A stretch of DNA of 64,000 nucleotides, from the NCBI RefSeq assembly GCF_036321535.1, contig NC_087448.1:53692001-53756000 (forward strand), given 5' to 3'. Of this stretch, positions 26,132-37,753 are shown one piece after another. A model generated the notes under the pieces. That model worked only from the letters and a program-made list of their open reading frames with translations, was not told the origin of the DNA and searched no databases. Both the position numbers and the translations under genes were made by a program. The DNA is from Camelus dromedarius. Its lineage: Eukaryota. How positions within the stretch are numbered: the first letter of the stretch is position 1; each line of letters starts with the position of its first letter.

Positions 26132-26370
26132 CAGTATGGTGGTCCAGTAATGCGGACCATGGAGGTCAACTGCTCGATTTGAGTCCTGACCCCATTCCCC
26201 AGCTATGTGAACTTGAACAAGTTACTTAAATTCTGTTTACCTCTGCAAAATGAGAAAGCAATAATCACTATCTCAAAGATCTGTTGTGAGTATTAAATGA
26301 GTCAATCATGTATAAAGCAGTTACAACAGTGCTTGGCATGCGGTACACACTGTTTGCTATGATTAGTATA
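26132..26370 (+). mobile_element. MIR SINE; further MIR pieces at ~160-300, 9110-9190, 10690-10875, 23245-23470, 38640-38760, 46060-46195, 47780-47850, 49480-49660, 53575-53780
   Basis: MIR core ttgaacaagttacttaa...ctgcaaaatgag...ttgtgagtattaaatgag...acagtgcttggca. Confidence 0.75.
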
Positions 26371-26780
26371 ATTAGAAGAGTAATCCTAGCTTAATTTTTT
26401 TTTAAAGGAATCCTCACCTGATGCTTCCATTGATAAAATCAGAATGACAGACAATCCTACTCAGACTCGCTTTACCTGAAAATCAGTCTCATCTCTTGCC
26501 CTTCCTCTGTCTCACCCTCATCCCTCTATGTCCTGATATCAAAACTCCAGGGACACCCTTCTGATGCTGTGCAGTCGCCAGGACCCTGGACAGATCTGCA
26601 CGGGCCCAGCACTGGAGATGCACATGGACCCTTGACAACAGCGAGGGCTCCAAACAGCACCGGCCAGTCTAACCCTAGAACTTCTGAAGAGACGAGGCCC
26701 ATACCTCTGTCTTTTCTCCATTTATGCCCAAATCCCCTTCACTGTGGTGCTTAGCCACGTTCAAACTACACCCCTCCTAC

Positions 26781-26923
26781 CTTGATGTCGGTGCTGAAGT
26801 TGTTGATTTTGTTGCAGCCTGCATTTTCCAGGTGGTAATTAGCCCACCGCAGCAGGAGCTCCTCGGGGGAGAGTTTCATCAAGTCCTCCAGGCTCTCCCC
26901 TTCTCTCAAAAGAGCAACCAGAG
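26781..26923 (-). CDS. LCP1: LCP1 exon 8 (143 nt; CH2)
   Basis: cttcag|(A)[47 protein letters not shown]|gtagga. Confidence 0.98.
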
Positions 26924-27786
26924 CTGAAGAAGCACAAAAACCAAAGAAAAATAAGTACAGGGACTATCTGAGGGGATTAGTTATAACAAACTGAACTCTG
27001 CCGAAAAGTCAAAGATAACAATGTTATCTCTCTGGGATAAAGGGACTTATAGCCTTTCCCATGGAACAAACACTTTATTATTATTCCCTAAAAAGAGATG
27101 CAAGGTATTGTGAGCTCATTTATTATCCCCATTTTTCAGGTGGAGAAGACAAGTCACTAATGAATGTCTGTGCCTTGACTAACAATACAGTGGCAGAGCC
27201 CAGAACATTCTGACTCAAGAGTCTTGGTTGGGTCTTTCAGACCATGTTTCATGATACGACAATATTTTACTTTTAAGAGATCAATTTCACAATAATGACA
27301 ATGTCCCCTGGTCTATTCCCATAGGTGTTTTATATTTCAAGTGCTTACTTGCATAATTATAGCATCTCAAAAAGTGTAAGCAACTCTTTCCTCTATGTTT
27401 CTCAGATGAATAAATAATTTTGCTCAGCTGGAAGGTTTAAACTTAGCTGAGATCATTATTTGCAAATCAATATTCTCTCTTGTGGGTTCCAAGTTTCCAA
27501 TTTGCTCTCTTCTTCTTCTTTATATTCTGTTTAATATATTGGTTTTAAAATGGTATCCCAGGATTCTTTCCTGGTTATTTTGATTAGGAGACATAAATAA
27601 AATGGATACAATAACTAAAGGTTAGAATTTGGCTACAGATTTCATATTAGTAAGATCTGTACAGGAAAAATGAAAAGTAACTGTGTTTCACATACTTATC
27701 AAGGTCTACTACTACTATCTAAAGGACTGGCTGTAATTTAAATGCTTAAGATGCTGACAGCAAATGGAATAAGATTGACAGCTACA

Positions 27787-28009
27787 CTGCAAATATTAAC
27801 TACTGTATATAAAATAGATAAACAAAAAGTTTCTTCTATAAAGCACTGGGAACTATATTTAATACTTTGTAATAATCTATAATGAAAAAGAATATATATA
27901 TGTGTGACTGAAACATTATGTTGTTTCAGTCACACATATATAGAGTTTCAACAACACTAGAAATTGACACAACATTGTAAACTGATTATACTTCAATTAA
28001 AAAAAAAGA
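27787..28009 (+). mobile_element. Truncated L1 3' end carrying an internal inverted insertion
   Basis: L1 3'UTR plus A-tail. TSD aagattgacagctaca (27771-27786) / aagactgacagctaca (28010-28025). Confidence 0.85.
27895..27942. repeat. Perfect 21-bp inverted repeat with 6-nt loop
   Basis: tatatatgtgtgactgaaaca-ttatgt-tgtttcagtcacacatatata. Confidence 0.95.
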
Positions 28010-28477
28010 AAGACTGACAGCTACAACACTTAGCTGAGAACTCTGAAACCCTAAATGTAATTTCCTACCACCTTGGTAAGAAAGAGACCGAGTTTCTCCG
28101 AACCGGGTGCTGAAAATGAATTTGAACCGCTTTATAATACACAAGTTTAAAATAGCCTAATTTGTTCACAAAGTGTCTAAAGGAAAAGTGAGCTCAGAAG
28201 AGCTATTGAGGTTGGAGTCCCAGACAGCTAGACTGAGCTATGGGTCCTAAACAAGTATTATTATTGGTCTGTGGTCTTAAAAAGCTTTTGCTCTGTCATT
28301 TTATAAAGTCTGCTCAGTGTGGACAGAATCAGTGCAATGAACACAAGGGACTGGATATAAGTACAGGTTCCAAAACTGAGGACTCTGAGCCTGACCTTCC
28401 TGACGTCCTCCTACCGCCCACACACATGAATTAGTAAAAAGCCGAGCCGTCAACGTCGTCTGAGGCTTTGCTCATAC

Positions 28478-28643
28478 CTTCATTTCTGCTGAGTTCGATG
28501 TCGGCAAATAACCCAATCTTGATGACTTGCCACAACAGTCCCAGCACCAGGTAAGGCTTCCCCTCCTTTAGGTCCTCAGCCCCGATATTAACCACGTGGC
28601 ACCCGATGGCTGAGGCCGAGTTCAGGGCCAGGTTCAAATTCTC
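28478..28643 (-). CDS. LCP1: LCP1 exon 7 (166 nt)
   Basis: cttcag|[55 protein letters not shown]|gtatga. Confidence 0.98.
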
Positions 28644-28990
28644 CTGAAGGAGAAACAGGAGGCAAGTTTTGTTTTGGACTTTGCTGATGTCAGATGATCA
28701 GGACTGATTGGAGGCAGCAACAATGCTTTGCTTCTGGAAAGTTCATAGGTCTAGAGGCATTGGTATTCACTCGATTTTTAACACAGAAAAAAGACAGTGA
28801 GTGACACTTGGAAGAGAAAATCCGGTCACCCAGACACTGGGCTCATGCAGGGCCTGGTCAGTTAAGCCAGAACCTGGAGTTGGAGGCTCATTCTGGTCAG
28901 GATGAAAGTAATGAATCTGACTTTTCCACACTGTTCTGTGATGGAGTCTCCATACTCAGTATCTTTACCAGCCATTAGTAAAGGGGCACT

Positions 28991-29086
28991 TTTTTTTTTT
29001 TTTTCTTAATGGAGGTACTGGGGATTGAACCCAGGACCTCATGCATGCTAAGCACGTGCTCTATCACTGAGCTATGTCCTTCCCCC
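28991..29086 (-). mobile_element. tRNA-Ala-derived SINE
   Basis: Same head plus poly-A. TSD aaaggggcact (28980-28990) / aaagggacact (29087-29097). Confidence 0.88.
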
Positions 29087-29309
29087 AAAGGGACACTTTT
29101 GAGGGCAGTCATTGTCTTGTCACTGGCTATCATTAGTCACACAATTGTTGATGTAAATCAAGTTCATAAAAGAGAGGAACAAAATAGCCCTTTGACTTTC
29201 AGATTGGATATTGAAGGAATGAAAAAACACAAACCAAATTCCTGGAAAAGACAGAGTGGTTTTTACTAGGACAATTTACTGGGTATCCATAATATCTAGG
29301 GACCTTGAG

Positions 29310-29311
<2 letters not shown>

Positions 29312-29353
<42 letters not shown>
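29312..29353. repeat. (CA)21 microsatellite
   Basis: Read directly. Confidence 0.95.
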
Positions 29354-29355
<2 letters not shown>

Positions 29356-29462
29356 CACACGCACGTACAGATTATATGTTCTTACAACTATTAATAATGT
29401 ATGTAAGGTAACATATATGATTGGAATAGGGTTAATGAAATTTTCTGTCTCGCGTCTTTATA

Positions 29463-29685
29463 GAGTTGACCTTTGAACAACACGGGTTTGAACTGCTTGG
29501 ATCCACTTACATGCAGGTTTTTTAAAATACTACAGTACTACATGAGCCACGGATGGTTGAATTTGAGGATGCAGAACCGTGGTGATGGAGGAACCAAGTA
29601 TAGAGGGGCCAGACTATAAATTATATTTGGATTGTTGACTGAGTGGAGGTTGACACCCCAAACCCCACTGTTCAAGGGGCAACTG
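29463..29685. mobile_element. Tigger1-derived MITE (TcMar), 223 bp
   Basis: TIRs gagttgacctttgaaca / tgttcaaggggcaactg (14/17), flanked by TA on both sides. Confidence 0.85.
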
Positions 29686-30588
29686 TACCATTATTTTTGG
29701 GTCCACAAAGGAGGAGATATCAGAGTCAAAGATGTACAAAACCTGTTTTAATGATAAATTAAAAACAAAACAAAATACAGGCCACTAATGAATTGGGAAG
29801 GGGACTATCAGAAGAAAAGTGGGTTTTGCCTTAGCGTAGAGCTCAAATGACCAGTGAAAAAGATCATGTCTACTTACGGCTGAGATTAAAATTTCACATC
29901 AAGATGAAATTTATCATTAACTGCCCTCACACACACTTAATTGTGGTTCCCACCTCGGTTACGGCTGCCATTTTTTAAGAACTTAGGGTTGCTTAAATCC
30001 AAACAGGACAAAATATATTGTTCATGATTTAAGTAGTGAGACATGGTATCTGAGCAGGGAGATTACAGTGACGTTAAAACACTGAAACGTAGCACAGAAA
30101 CACAGCTTACTTACCACCAGTCACTGTTGCAGTTAATCAACAAATTGAAGGCATAAAAGCAAGTTACATTTATCACACTGGTGGCTGTAGCCAATACTGC
30201 TGTGAAGGCTGCCAGGGCACTTCCCGTTCTGTACCCCCCCACTTCTTAGAAAGGCTAATATTTTCAGATAAAATGCTGTGTATCTGGCATCAGCTCAAAG
30301 ACAAATTACTAGGGAAAGTTTCAGTTAAAACTTTTTTAGCCAGTGTGATTTTTATTCGTGAGTGGCCCAAACAAAGGAAGACTGCCCCAATTACTAACAC
30401 TCTCTAACCTTCCCCTCTCCGCTATATTAATAAAAGACAAAATAGAAGTTTGCCCCCTGTTCCCACTAGTCATGACAAATCACCAGCCCAAAGCCTGGGT
30501 TTTTGGGAGTAACGTCTGAGCGCCTGGAAAAGGCTGACTCAGCAGTGATGAGCACGGTCCTACCTTCAGGTCACACCGGAAGACGTAC

Positions 30589-30670
30589 CTGGATGGTGAA
30601 AGGGGTGAGTTTCCTTTTGTTGATTGTTCTTTCGTCAATTGTATCCGGCACTGATAGGTTGATCATTTTA
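30589..30670 (-). CDS. LCP1: LCP1 exon 6 (82 nt)
   Basis: tttcag|(C)[27 protein letters not shown]|gtacgt. Not in the ORF track; found by direct reading. Confidence 0.98.
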
Positions 30671-31309
30671 CTGAAAGACAAAGAAAGCAGGCTTCTAAAT
30701 GAAAGAGTCTAGTGACAATGAATTAAATTCTAGCAATGCCATAAGGAAACAAGACGGCCACATAATCTGTGCTACCCAGGGTTCAGGTATAAGATCAGTT
30801 GTGCAATTTTGACTGGATTCAAGCCATCTGTGGGAAAGGTCAGTGTTCCTTGAAGTCATGCCAATATACTGAGGCAAGAAATACGGATCTTACTTCATTC
30901 ATTCACTTAAAAAGCTGGAAGATTATTCTGGTTCCCTTAGCACGTCAGGAAATTCTGGCTGGAGAACCAAAGCAGATTCTCCATGAGTCCTTTACTTCCG
31001 CAGTCTTGAAAATTGTCCCCACTATATGAAAGATTATTCTGTACTCTTTTGCGCTATTTATATAATGTCTAAATTGCTACTTGACACCTGGTCAAACTCT
31101 ACTTCAACTAATTATATGATAAAATGTTTCATTTCCGCCTGTAGTCATTATAGTACCAGTACTTTAGGAACTTCTCCCACTTAAGTATCAACCTCCCACA
31201 CTGACCAGACATCCAAAATAAGCAGTAATTATTTATGAAAAACTGATTTGACCCGGTTATCATTGGTTTAACATATAATGGGGCATTAAAAATAAATTTC
31301 CTTACAAAC

Positions 31310-31490
31310 TACTATTATAAAATTGATAAACAACAAGGTCCTAACGTATAGCATAGGAAACTACGTTCAATATCTTGTAATGACCTATAATGAAAAAGAA
31401 CATATATATGTACAACTGAATCATTAATGCTGTACACCAGAAACTAACACAACATTGTAAATCAAGTATTCTTCAATTTAAAAATAAATA
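31310..31490 (+). mobile_element. Truncated L1 3' end
   Basis: Same 3'UTR family (gataaacaacaaggtcct...aactaacacaacattgtaaatcaa) with A-rich tail; degenerate TSD. Confidence 0.8.
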
Positions 31491-33051
31491 AATAATTTTC
31501 CCTGGGTCACTTCCATCTTATTTAAAGAAAAGAAGTTAGGGGAAAAAAATCCAAAGGAAAAACAACAAAATCAAAGAATAGTAAACTTGAATTGACTATT
31601 TCTTTTTTTTAATAAGAGACATCAGCATTAACATTTTTTTCCCTAACAATCTTTAAGCAACTACCTTTTCTTTTGGTTGTTCTTTAAAGATTTATTTCCA
31701 TAACTTTGTCATGTGTGTGTGTGTATCATATATTTAAATAAAAGGCACTTTACTGCAATTTAGGGAAAACAAACCCCTAAATCATTATTTGAAAAATATA
31801 AAACGATAGTGAACTAAAAGCTCTGGGAGATGGCAGTGGGGAGGGGTGGCTTAAAAAAAGTATAGGATAGCCCTGCCCTTGAAAGGCTTATAGTCAAATG
31901 ACAGAGACCAAATGCACTGATACAAAAGTTACGTAACAGCTCAAAGCAGAACATTATAATGGCTCCCAAAGTATTATAAACAATATATGCTTTAAGAATT
32001 CAGTGGAGGGAGTGATCCCCCGGGGCTGGGCTAGACCGGAAATGGTAATGGATTTGTGTAGGAGGAGAGGATGTGGAAGGGAACTCTTAAAAAGGAAAAT
32101 AAAAGTCAAAGCCAGAGTTGCAAGTTGTAAGCAGAGGTGTGTGGGGGAGAGTGAGGCCAGCTGCTGACGCGTCCGGTCATTCACACGCCCCTTCACTAGC
32201 ACCTGGCCGGGTACTTGAGTCCTGGGGGTCTTGGGAAGTAAAACTGGAAAGAGATTGAGGGAAGACCAGGGGGTGTGTTGGGTGTCGACTGGAAGAGTCA
32301 GGACTTGATCTGAGAGGCTAGGTTTTAAATGTCTCTTTTAAGCAGTGGGACTTTCTAAAAATGAAATCTCTTGGTGAACTCTAATAAATAAAATACCCAA
32401 AGTGAATTCTGCAGAGTAGAGGAGAGGGGGCTCAAAGTCTTGACCACACACCCTTCCCTCCAACTCCAGAGCCCACCCGAGATGGGGCATTTCAAGCTTC
32501 CTCACTCACACCGCTTCTTACAGTGACAGAGAGGCTGCCAAAGACAGCACCCTGAGAGACCAACCGTGCTGAGAGGCCAGTCCTCCCGCAGAGAGAATAC
32601 ACCCCTCCTTCTCCAGGTGCCCTTAGCATCTGTGCACCACCCAGTGGTCCCCGTGCTTAAGGACTTGCACTGCCCTGTTTCAGTCATCGTGCTGCTATGA
32701 CCCATTCAACTCCATCTACTCTCATGGCGGGCCAGGCTCAGATGAAGCAAAATGACATGTATTCCAAAACAATTGCTTTGGACCTCGTGTTACTACGTCT
32801 CTGTGTTCACGCTTGTCTCTGTGCTGTATATCCCTCTCCTCCACCCACGTGGTAACAGTCTTACATTTCTCATTATGAGTTGCTTTCGAAACCAGTTTGC
32901 TCTCCTTGACCTGCCACGTGAAAGTCCAGAAAAGCATTTCAGATTTGGCTCAGCACCAAAGGAAGTGGGCCCAGGATAAATACAGAGAGTTGTGGATATT
33001 CCAGATATGTTTAGGGAAACCTCTGGAAGCCAAGAAGGTAGTGTTATTTAC

Positions 33052-33184
33052 CAAAGGACAATGCCATCTCCAACAGCGCTGAAGAGATCATTGGTGTTTG
33101 GATTCATGGGGATGACGTGCCGGCAATCAGGGTCATTTTCCAGGGCTTTGTTTATCCAGTTGACAAAGGCATACTTCTCTTCCT
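33052..33184 (-). CDS. LCP1: LCP1 exon 5 (133 nt; CH1)
   Basis: ttacag|(E)[43 protein letters not shown](C)|gtaaat. Confidence 0.98.
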
Positions 33185-34923
33185 CTGTAAGTAAATGAGG
33201 CAGACGACTTATTCGCAAAGTGAAAATCTGATACAAACAAAACCACACACATGGATCTTAGATTCTCATGCCCAGGAGAGACATTGTGAGGCTAATCTTG
33301 GTCTGTTAGCCTAGCATCTCACATTTACTGACATTTAAAAATCTCAAAGGACTTGGCAAATAGGCACAGAATCTCTGTTCACTCCAAGTCATAAAACATA
33401 CATATAGCAAGCAGATTTAGAAGCTACGTACATGCAAATATATTTAGAAGCAAATATATACAGATCTTATTTTCTATATGTAAATATGTACATAATTAAA
33501 ATTTTAAATTAATATTTATGTACACTTTATGTATGTGGCATAATGCTTACAGGATAAAACTCAGGGTTCTGCCTTTAGCCCTGCTGATTTAGATGTGGGA
33601 TGATCACAGATGATCTTTGCAACGTCTGAGCTTCTTCATGCAATTACAGGTATCCCCCACCTTTTGAAAGTTTGCTCTGTGCCACCTTGCCTTTACGAAA
33701 GACCTACCTTAGTACCTGTTTGTGCTAACCAAAAGAAATCCGAAGAGGATTTTTACTTTTGCAAAAAAAGGTGAAAAGCAAAAATAGCGCTGAGTGCTTG
33801 CTTTGCAGTGAGCTCTTAGAGAAGCAGTGGGCACCCCTCGTAGCAAGACTAGTCCCATCCAGCTCCACCCCGAGGAACTCCAGGCAGCATCTCAGCATCG
33901 AGCTGCCATAGCTTTGAACTGTATCTGTGAGCATCTGTCTAACCTCCATTTATTCTGTTCGTCAGCAAGATACGCCCTAAGGTAACTGCTGCTTCGCTTC
34001 ACATCATTTTGGTTTATGAAAGGTTTCATAGGAACTCTCTACTTTCAGAGAACAGGGGTAAAATGTAAAATGATATTGCTATGAAATGACATCACTTGTG
34101 ATATGATCTTTCTTTCCTGTCAGTAAAGCTTCCAGAAGTTGATTTTAGAAATTTTAATAAAGCCTCAAGTGATGCCTTACAGCCCAGCACTGTGTTTTCC
34201 AAGTTGCGTGTCACTGAAAACTACGGTGTCCCTCAGAAGAATCCTGAGTCACAAAAACACTGCACAGCAGAACATTTTCTTGAAGATTTCTACTGCACAT
34301 TTGCATAGCAAAAGGCTGTGAAATTTTCTATATTTAAAAATAAAGGGCTGAACTTAATCTTCAAAATTCCAGATGTCACGGAACCATGAACCGATCTTTA
34401 AGATCAACTAATGTTTTGAAGGTCTCAGGTTGGGAATTCTTGCATCACTGAACTGTTTGGGCTGTTAGAAGTTTCCAGTGGCTGTTGGATGGCAGCCTTC
34501 AGAATAAATAAACAGTTTTCCTCCAAATCAATGAAAACACAATTTTTTTTTGGCCCACTCAGCCAGCATTTAGAATAATCATGAATGTTTGAGGAAGAAG
34601 CCTGGGTAGCTCATTTTGTCCAGAAGATTTACAAAGGAATTTTGGCAGCCTTTGATGTATTTTTTTTCAATGCTGATGAGATTATCCAGTATTGGACCTG
34701 ACCTAGAGCCAGAACTGCTGGCCCACTTGTGCATCAGAAAACAGGCAGGCAGTAGTCAATAAACATGTTAACTTCTGTCTTTCTTTGCACCCCTTAGGTT
34801 TGAACACTGAGTTTGGACTCTGTAACCCCAGAAGACAAGGCTCCCATCGAGCTGGTTCCCTCTCCCCTCAGCTCACCCCCACACTCTCTCCACCTCCCCT
34901 CCCCCACTGGTTGGTGCACCCAC

Positions 34924-35053
34924 CTGAATAGGAGTGTTGGGTACCAACACTGGACTGCTCTGAAGTGCCTCCGATTGCACAAATCCCTTCCTTCTTATTG
35001 ATTGCTTTTCTAAAGGTCTTGGCAACATCTGTGCTTTTTAGGCCATGAAAAAC
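34924..35053 (-). CDS. LCP1: LCP1 exon 4 (130 nt)
   Basis: ttgcag|[43 protein letters not shown]|gtgggt. Confidence 0.98.
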
Positions 35054-35222
35054 CTGCAAAAACATAATGTATCTTTAGAAGCCTGATCTGTGATTGAGAA
35101 AAACCACAAAGGAAAGAATAAGTAACGTTGAAGCCAGGAGGGTGGGAATGCATTTCTGGTTATTTTTTAAACTGAACTTGCAAGGTTCAAAGGCAGCTCC
35201 TTGGATTCTGTGTCATACTCAC

Positions 35223-35386
35223 CTTGATAAACTCATCAAAGCTGATCTTCCCGTCCTGGTTCAGGTCACCTGTAGCCATCAGGTTTTCTGTAATTTCTCT
35301 CACTCTGTACCCAGGCAGAGGCAAGCAGGCAGCCTTGAACAAGTCATTCAGCTCATTGCAGCTGATGTACCCATTGCCATCGGTAT
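35223..35386 (-). CDS. LCP1: LCP1 exon 3 (164 nt; EF-hand loops)
   Basis: ttacag|(D)[54 protein letters not shown]|gtgagt. Confidence 0.98.
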
Positions 35387-35973
35387 CTGTAAGGCAAATG
35401 AGGAGCTGAAGGTTCGGGGCAGTTCGGGTCACAGTACGAAGAGAGATGAGAAGGCTGGATGGGAGGGGATGGGCAGGAGAGGGGTCATGGATGGCCTGAC
35501 CCCATGCAAAGTCAGAATCTCACAAGAGGCCTGTTCTATTGGAGACAGGCATTAGCATCACTAGCAACATCCAAGAGTCATAATTTCAGCAGAGGTTCTG
35601 GCAACAGACCTGAAGAGACGCTTACAGAAACAGATGGGAAAATAAATCACAGGCTGAGAGCCACAGAGTAAGAAAAAGCATGGAATAGTAGAAACACAAA
35701 GGAAACCAAAGAAAGCAGATGAGCTATAAAAGAACAGACTTAGAGGCCATTTGCAGGAAAAGCTACAGGTGAGAAAGGGTCCATATTCTATGTTTTGATA
35801 GAAAAAGAAGTAATTTCTTGAAGCATAGCTTTCAAAAAGAAGTCTCCCCAGCTCCTCTAACCAATACCACTGTATTCCAGTTCTTTCTGCTATTTGCTTA
35901 TGTCACCATTTCATTGACTGTCCTGAAGCTACTAAAAGAGAATTGTGTGACTTGAGGTATCAGATCTACTCAC

Positions 35974-36037
35974 CAACTTTGGCAAAAGCTTCTCTGAGCT
36001 CCATCATTTCTTCATCGGATACTGATCCTCTGGCCAT
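35974..36037 (-). CDS. LCP1: LCP1 exon 2 CDS (64 nt; start codon, headpiece with Ser5/Ser7)
   Basis: MARGSVSDEEMMELREAFAKV + G|gtgagt. Confidence 0.98.
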
Positions 36038-36061
36038 TTTTTATTGCTTTAGGCAACAGAT
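36038..36061 (-). other. LCP1: LCP1 exon 2, 5'UTR part (24 nt)
   Basis: Acceptor ctcccctctctgcag|ATCTGTTGCCTAAAGCAATAAAAAA followed by ATG. Confidence 0.92.
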
Positions 36062-36195
36062 CTGCAGAGAGGGGAGAACACAGGAGTGACTGCTGCGAAT
36101 CTTACTTCTCAAAGCATCACACTGAGAAGCAATTCCCATTTCTTAAGTGAAGAAATAGTCCTCTGCATCCCTCATGACTTACAACCATCTTTCCA

Positions 36196-36695
36196 ACATG
36201 TGGGAAGTAGCCTTTTTCTTAACCCTCCATGGTGGTCTCCAAAGATGGTCCTCAGCCACTTCTCTCCTCCCCGTGTGCACAGATGGCTCCTTACACTGAG
36301 AGACGGAGCTTATTTCCCTCTCCTTGAATCTGAGCTGATCCTGTGACTGCTCTGACCATTTAGAAGCCTGGAGAAGCCATGTCTGCGGCTGGAAGCTTCT
36401 GCTTCCTGACTTTTAGAATGCTCATCCTGGGGATGTTCCTCTTGGAACCCAGCCGCTGTGCTGTGAGGGGTCTAAGCCACATTAAGAATGAGAACTGGAT
36501 GCTCTGGGTAACAGTCTGTGCTCCCAGCTAACATTGAACATTCCAGCCCCTCTGAGCCCCCAGATGAACACAGTCCCAGCTGACATCACATAAGCAGAAT
36601 TGCCCAGCCACCCAACAGAATCAAGAGATGATCAAATGGTAGTTGTTTTAAATCACGACCTTTTGGAGTAGTTTGAAACACAGAAATATACAACT
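36196..36695. mobile_element. MLT1-type MaLR LTR, approximate
   Basis: ccttgaatctgagctgatcctgtgactgctctgacc...ggaacccagccgctgtgctgtgagg...tagttgttttaaatcac...ttggagtagtttg. Confidence 0.7.
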
Positions 36696-36967
36696 AAAAC
36701 ACAACTTATATATACATGTCTTTTTTAGGGATATCTTCCTGTTCATATTTAAAATGAATGTTTGACTAAGCCAAGAGATGAATTTTATAACTTCAAAGGG
36801 AGTTATGAAAGTTCTCTAAATACTTAAGAGGAAGGGAATCTAACCCTCTAATAATTCATATATGGGAATTTGAGGGACTTTTTAATGTGTTCTCAGAAAG
36901 GCAAGCGTTGGCAAAGAAACTCAAAATGCTAGTGCTGGAGAAATTTCCCTTTTCCTGTGCATTATTT

Positions 36968-36981
36968 CTGCCCTCTAGTGG
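36968..36981 (-). promoter_or_regulatory. CTCF core motif CCACTAGAGGGCAG
   Basis: Full match to the CCASYAGRKGGCRS consensus, in intron 1 about 0.9 kb upstream of exon 2. Confidence 0.55.
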
Positions 36982-37497
36982 GCAGAAAGAGAATGCAACA
37001 GAAAGTGGATTATATTCTTGTCTCTAGCTAATCCACTACCCGATGTTTCAAATAGGAGCTTCATTAAAGCTTTCCGGATTTCCTGGTGGGGAGGGGCTAT
37101 GTGGGGTGGGAGTGTGAAAGATGGGGTATTCCTATGTATGAATATATTTTGGGCACTTTAGTGAAGTTACTGATTTAAAAAATATTTAAAATTTGTGACA
37201 GGATGTTGTTTCAAATGGATTTCCCTTTCTGTATTTTCACATCATTTTATAGTGTTGTTCTTGTTCTTAGTGACAATGAACAACCACACAAAAAAGGGAA
37301 GAGTTTTAACCCTTAGACCTGTAGGCCAAAAATGCATTACACTCAATTTTGCAAATCCACATCCATTGTCCACCAACTCACTATCCTGTCACACACATAC
37401 ACCAGTGGTTCCAAACTTGTGTTTTCCCAAGCAACTCTCTGTGAAGAGAAACCTTACTTGTAAATAACAGTGAACAAATAAAAAAAATCACAACTCT

Positions 37498-37753
37498 TGG
37501 GAGGGATAAATTAGGAGTTTGGGATTAACAGATATACATCACAATATATAAAATAGATAAACAACAAGGATTTACTGTATAGCACAGAGAACTATATTCA
37601 ATATCTTGCAACAACTTACAATGGAAAAGAATCTGAAAAAGAACATATATATGTATATGTATAATTGAATCACCTTGCTGTACACCTGAAACTAACACAA
37701 CATTGTAAATCAACTATACTTCAATCAAAAAAAAAAAAAAACAAAAAAAAAAA
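37498..37753 (+). mobile_element. Truncated L1 3' end with poly-A
   Basis: gggagggataaattaggagtttgggattaacagatatac...caactatacttcaatc(A)n; flanking caactct repeated. Confidence 0.85.

Noticed and set aside
35187-35432. ORF-track entries that extend LCP1 exons (MTRTAPNL..., MNLLTKEK..., MWFCLY..., MQDPKIS...)
   Set aside because: These are exons read through their splice sites. The canonical boundaries reproduce the 627-aa protein exactly.
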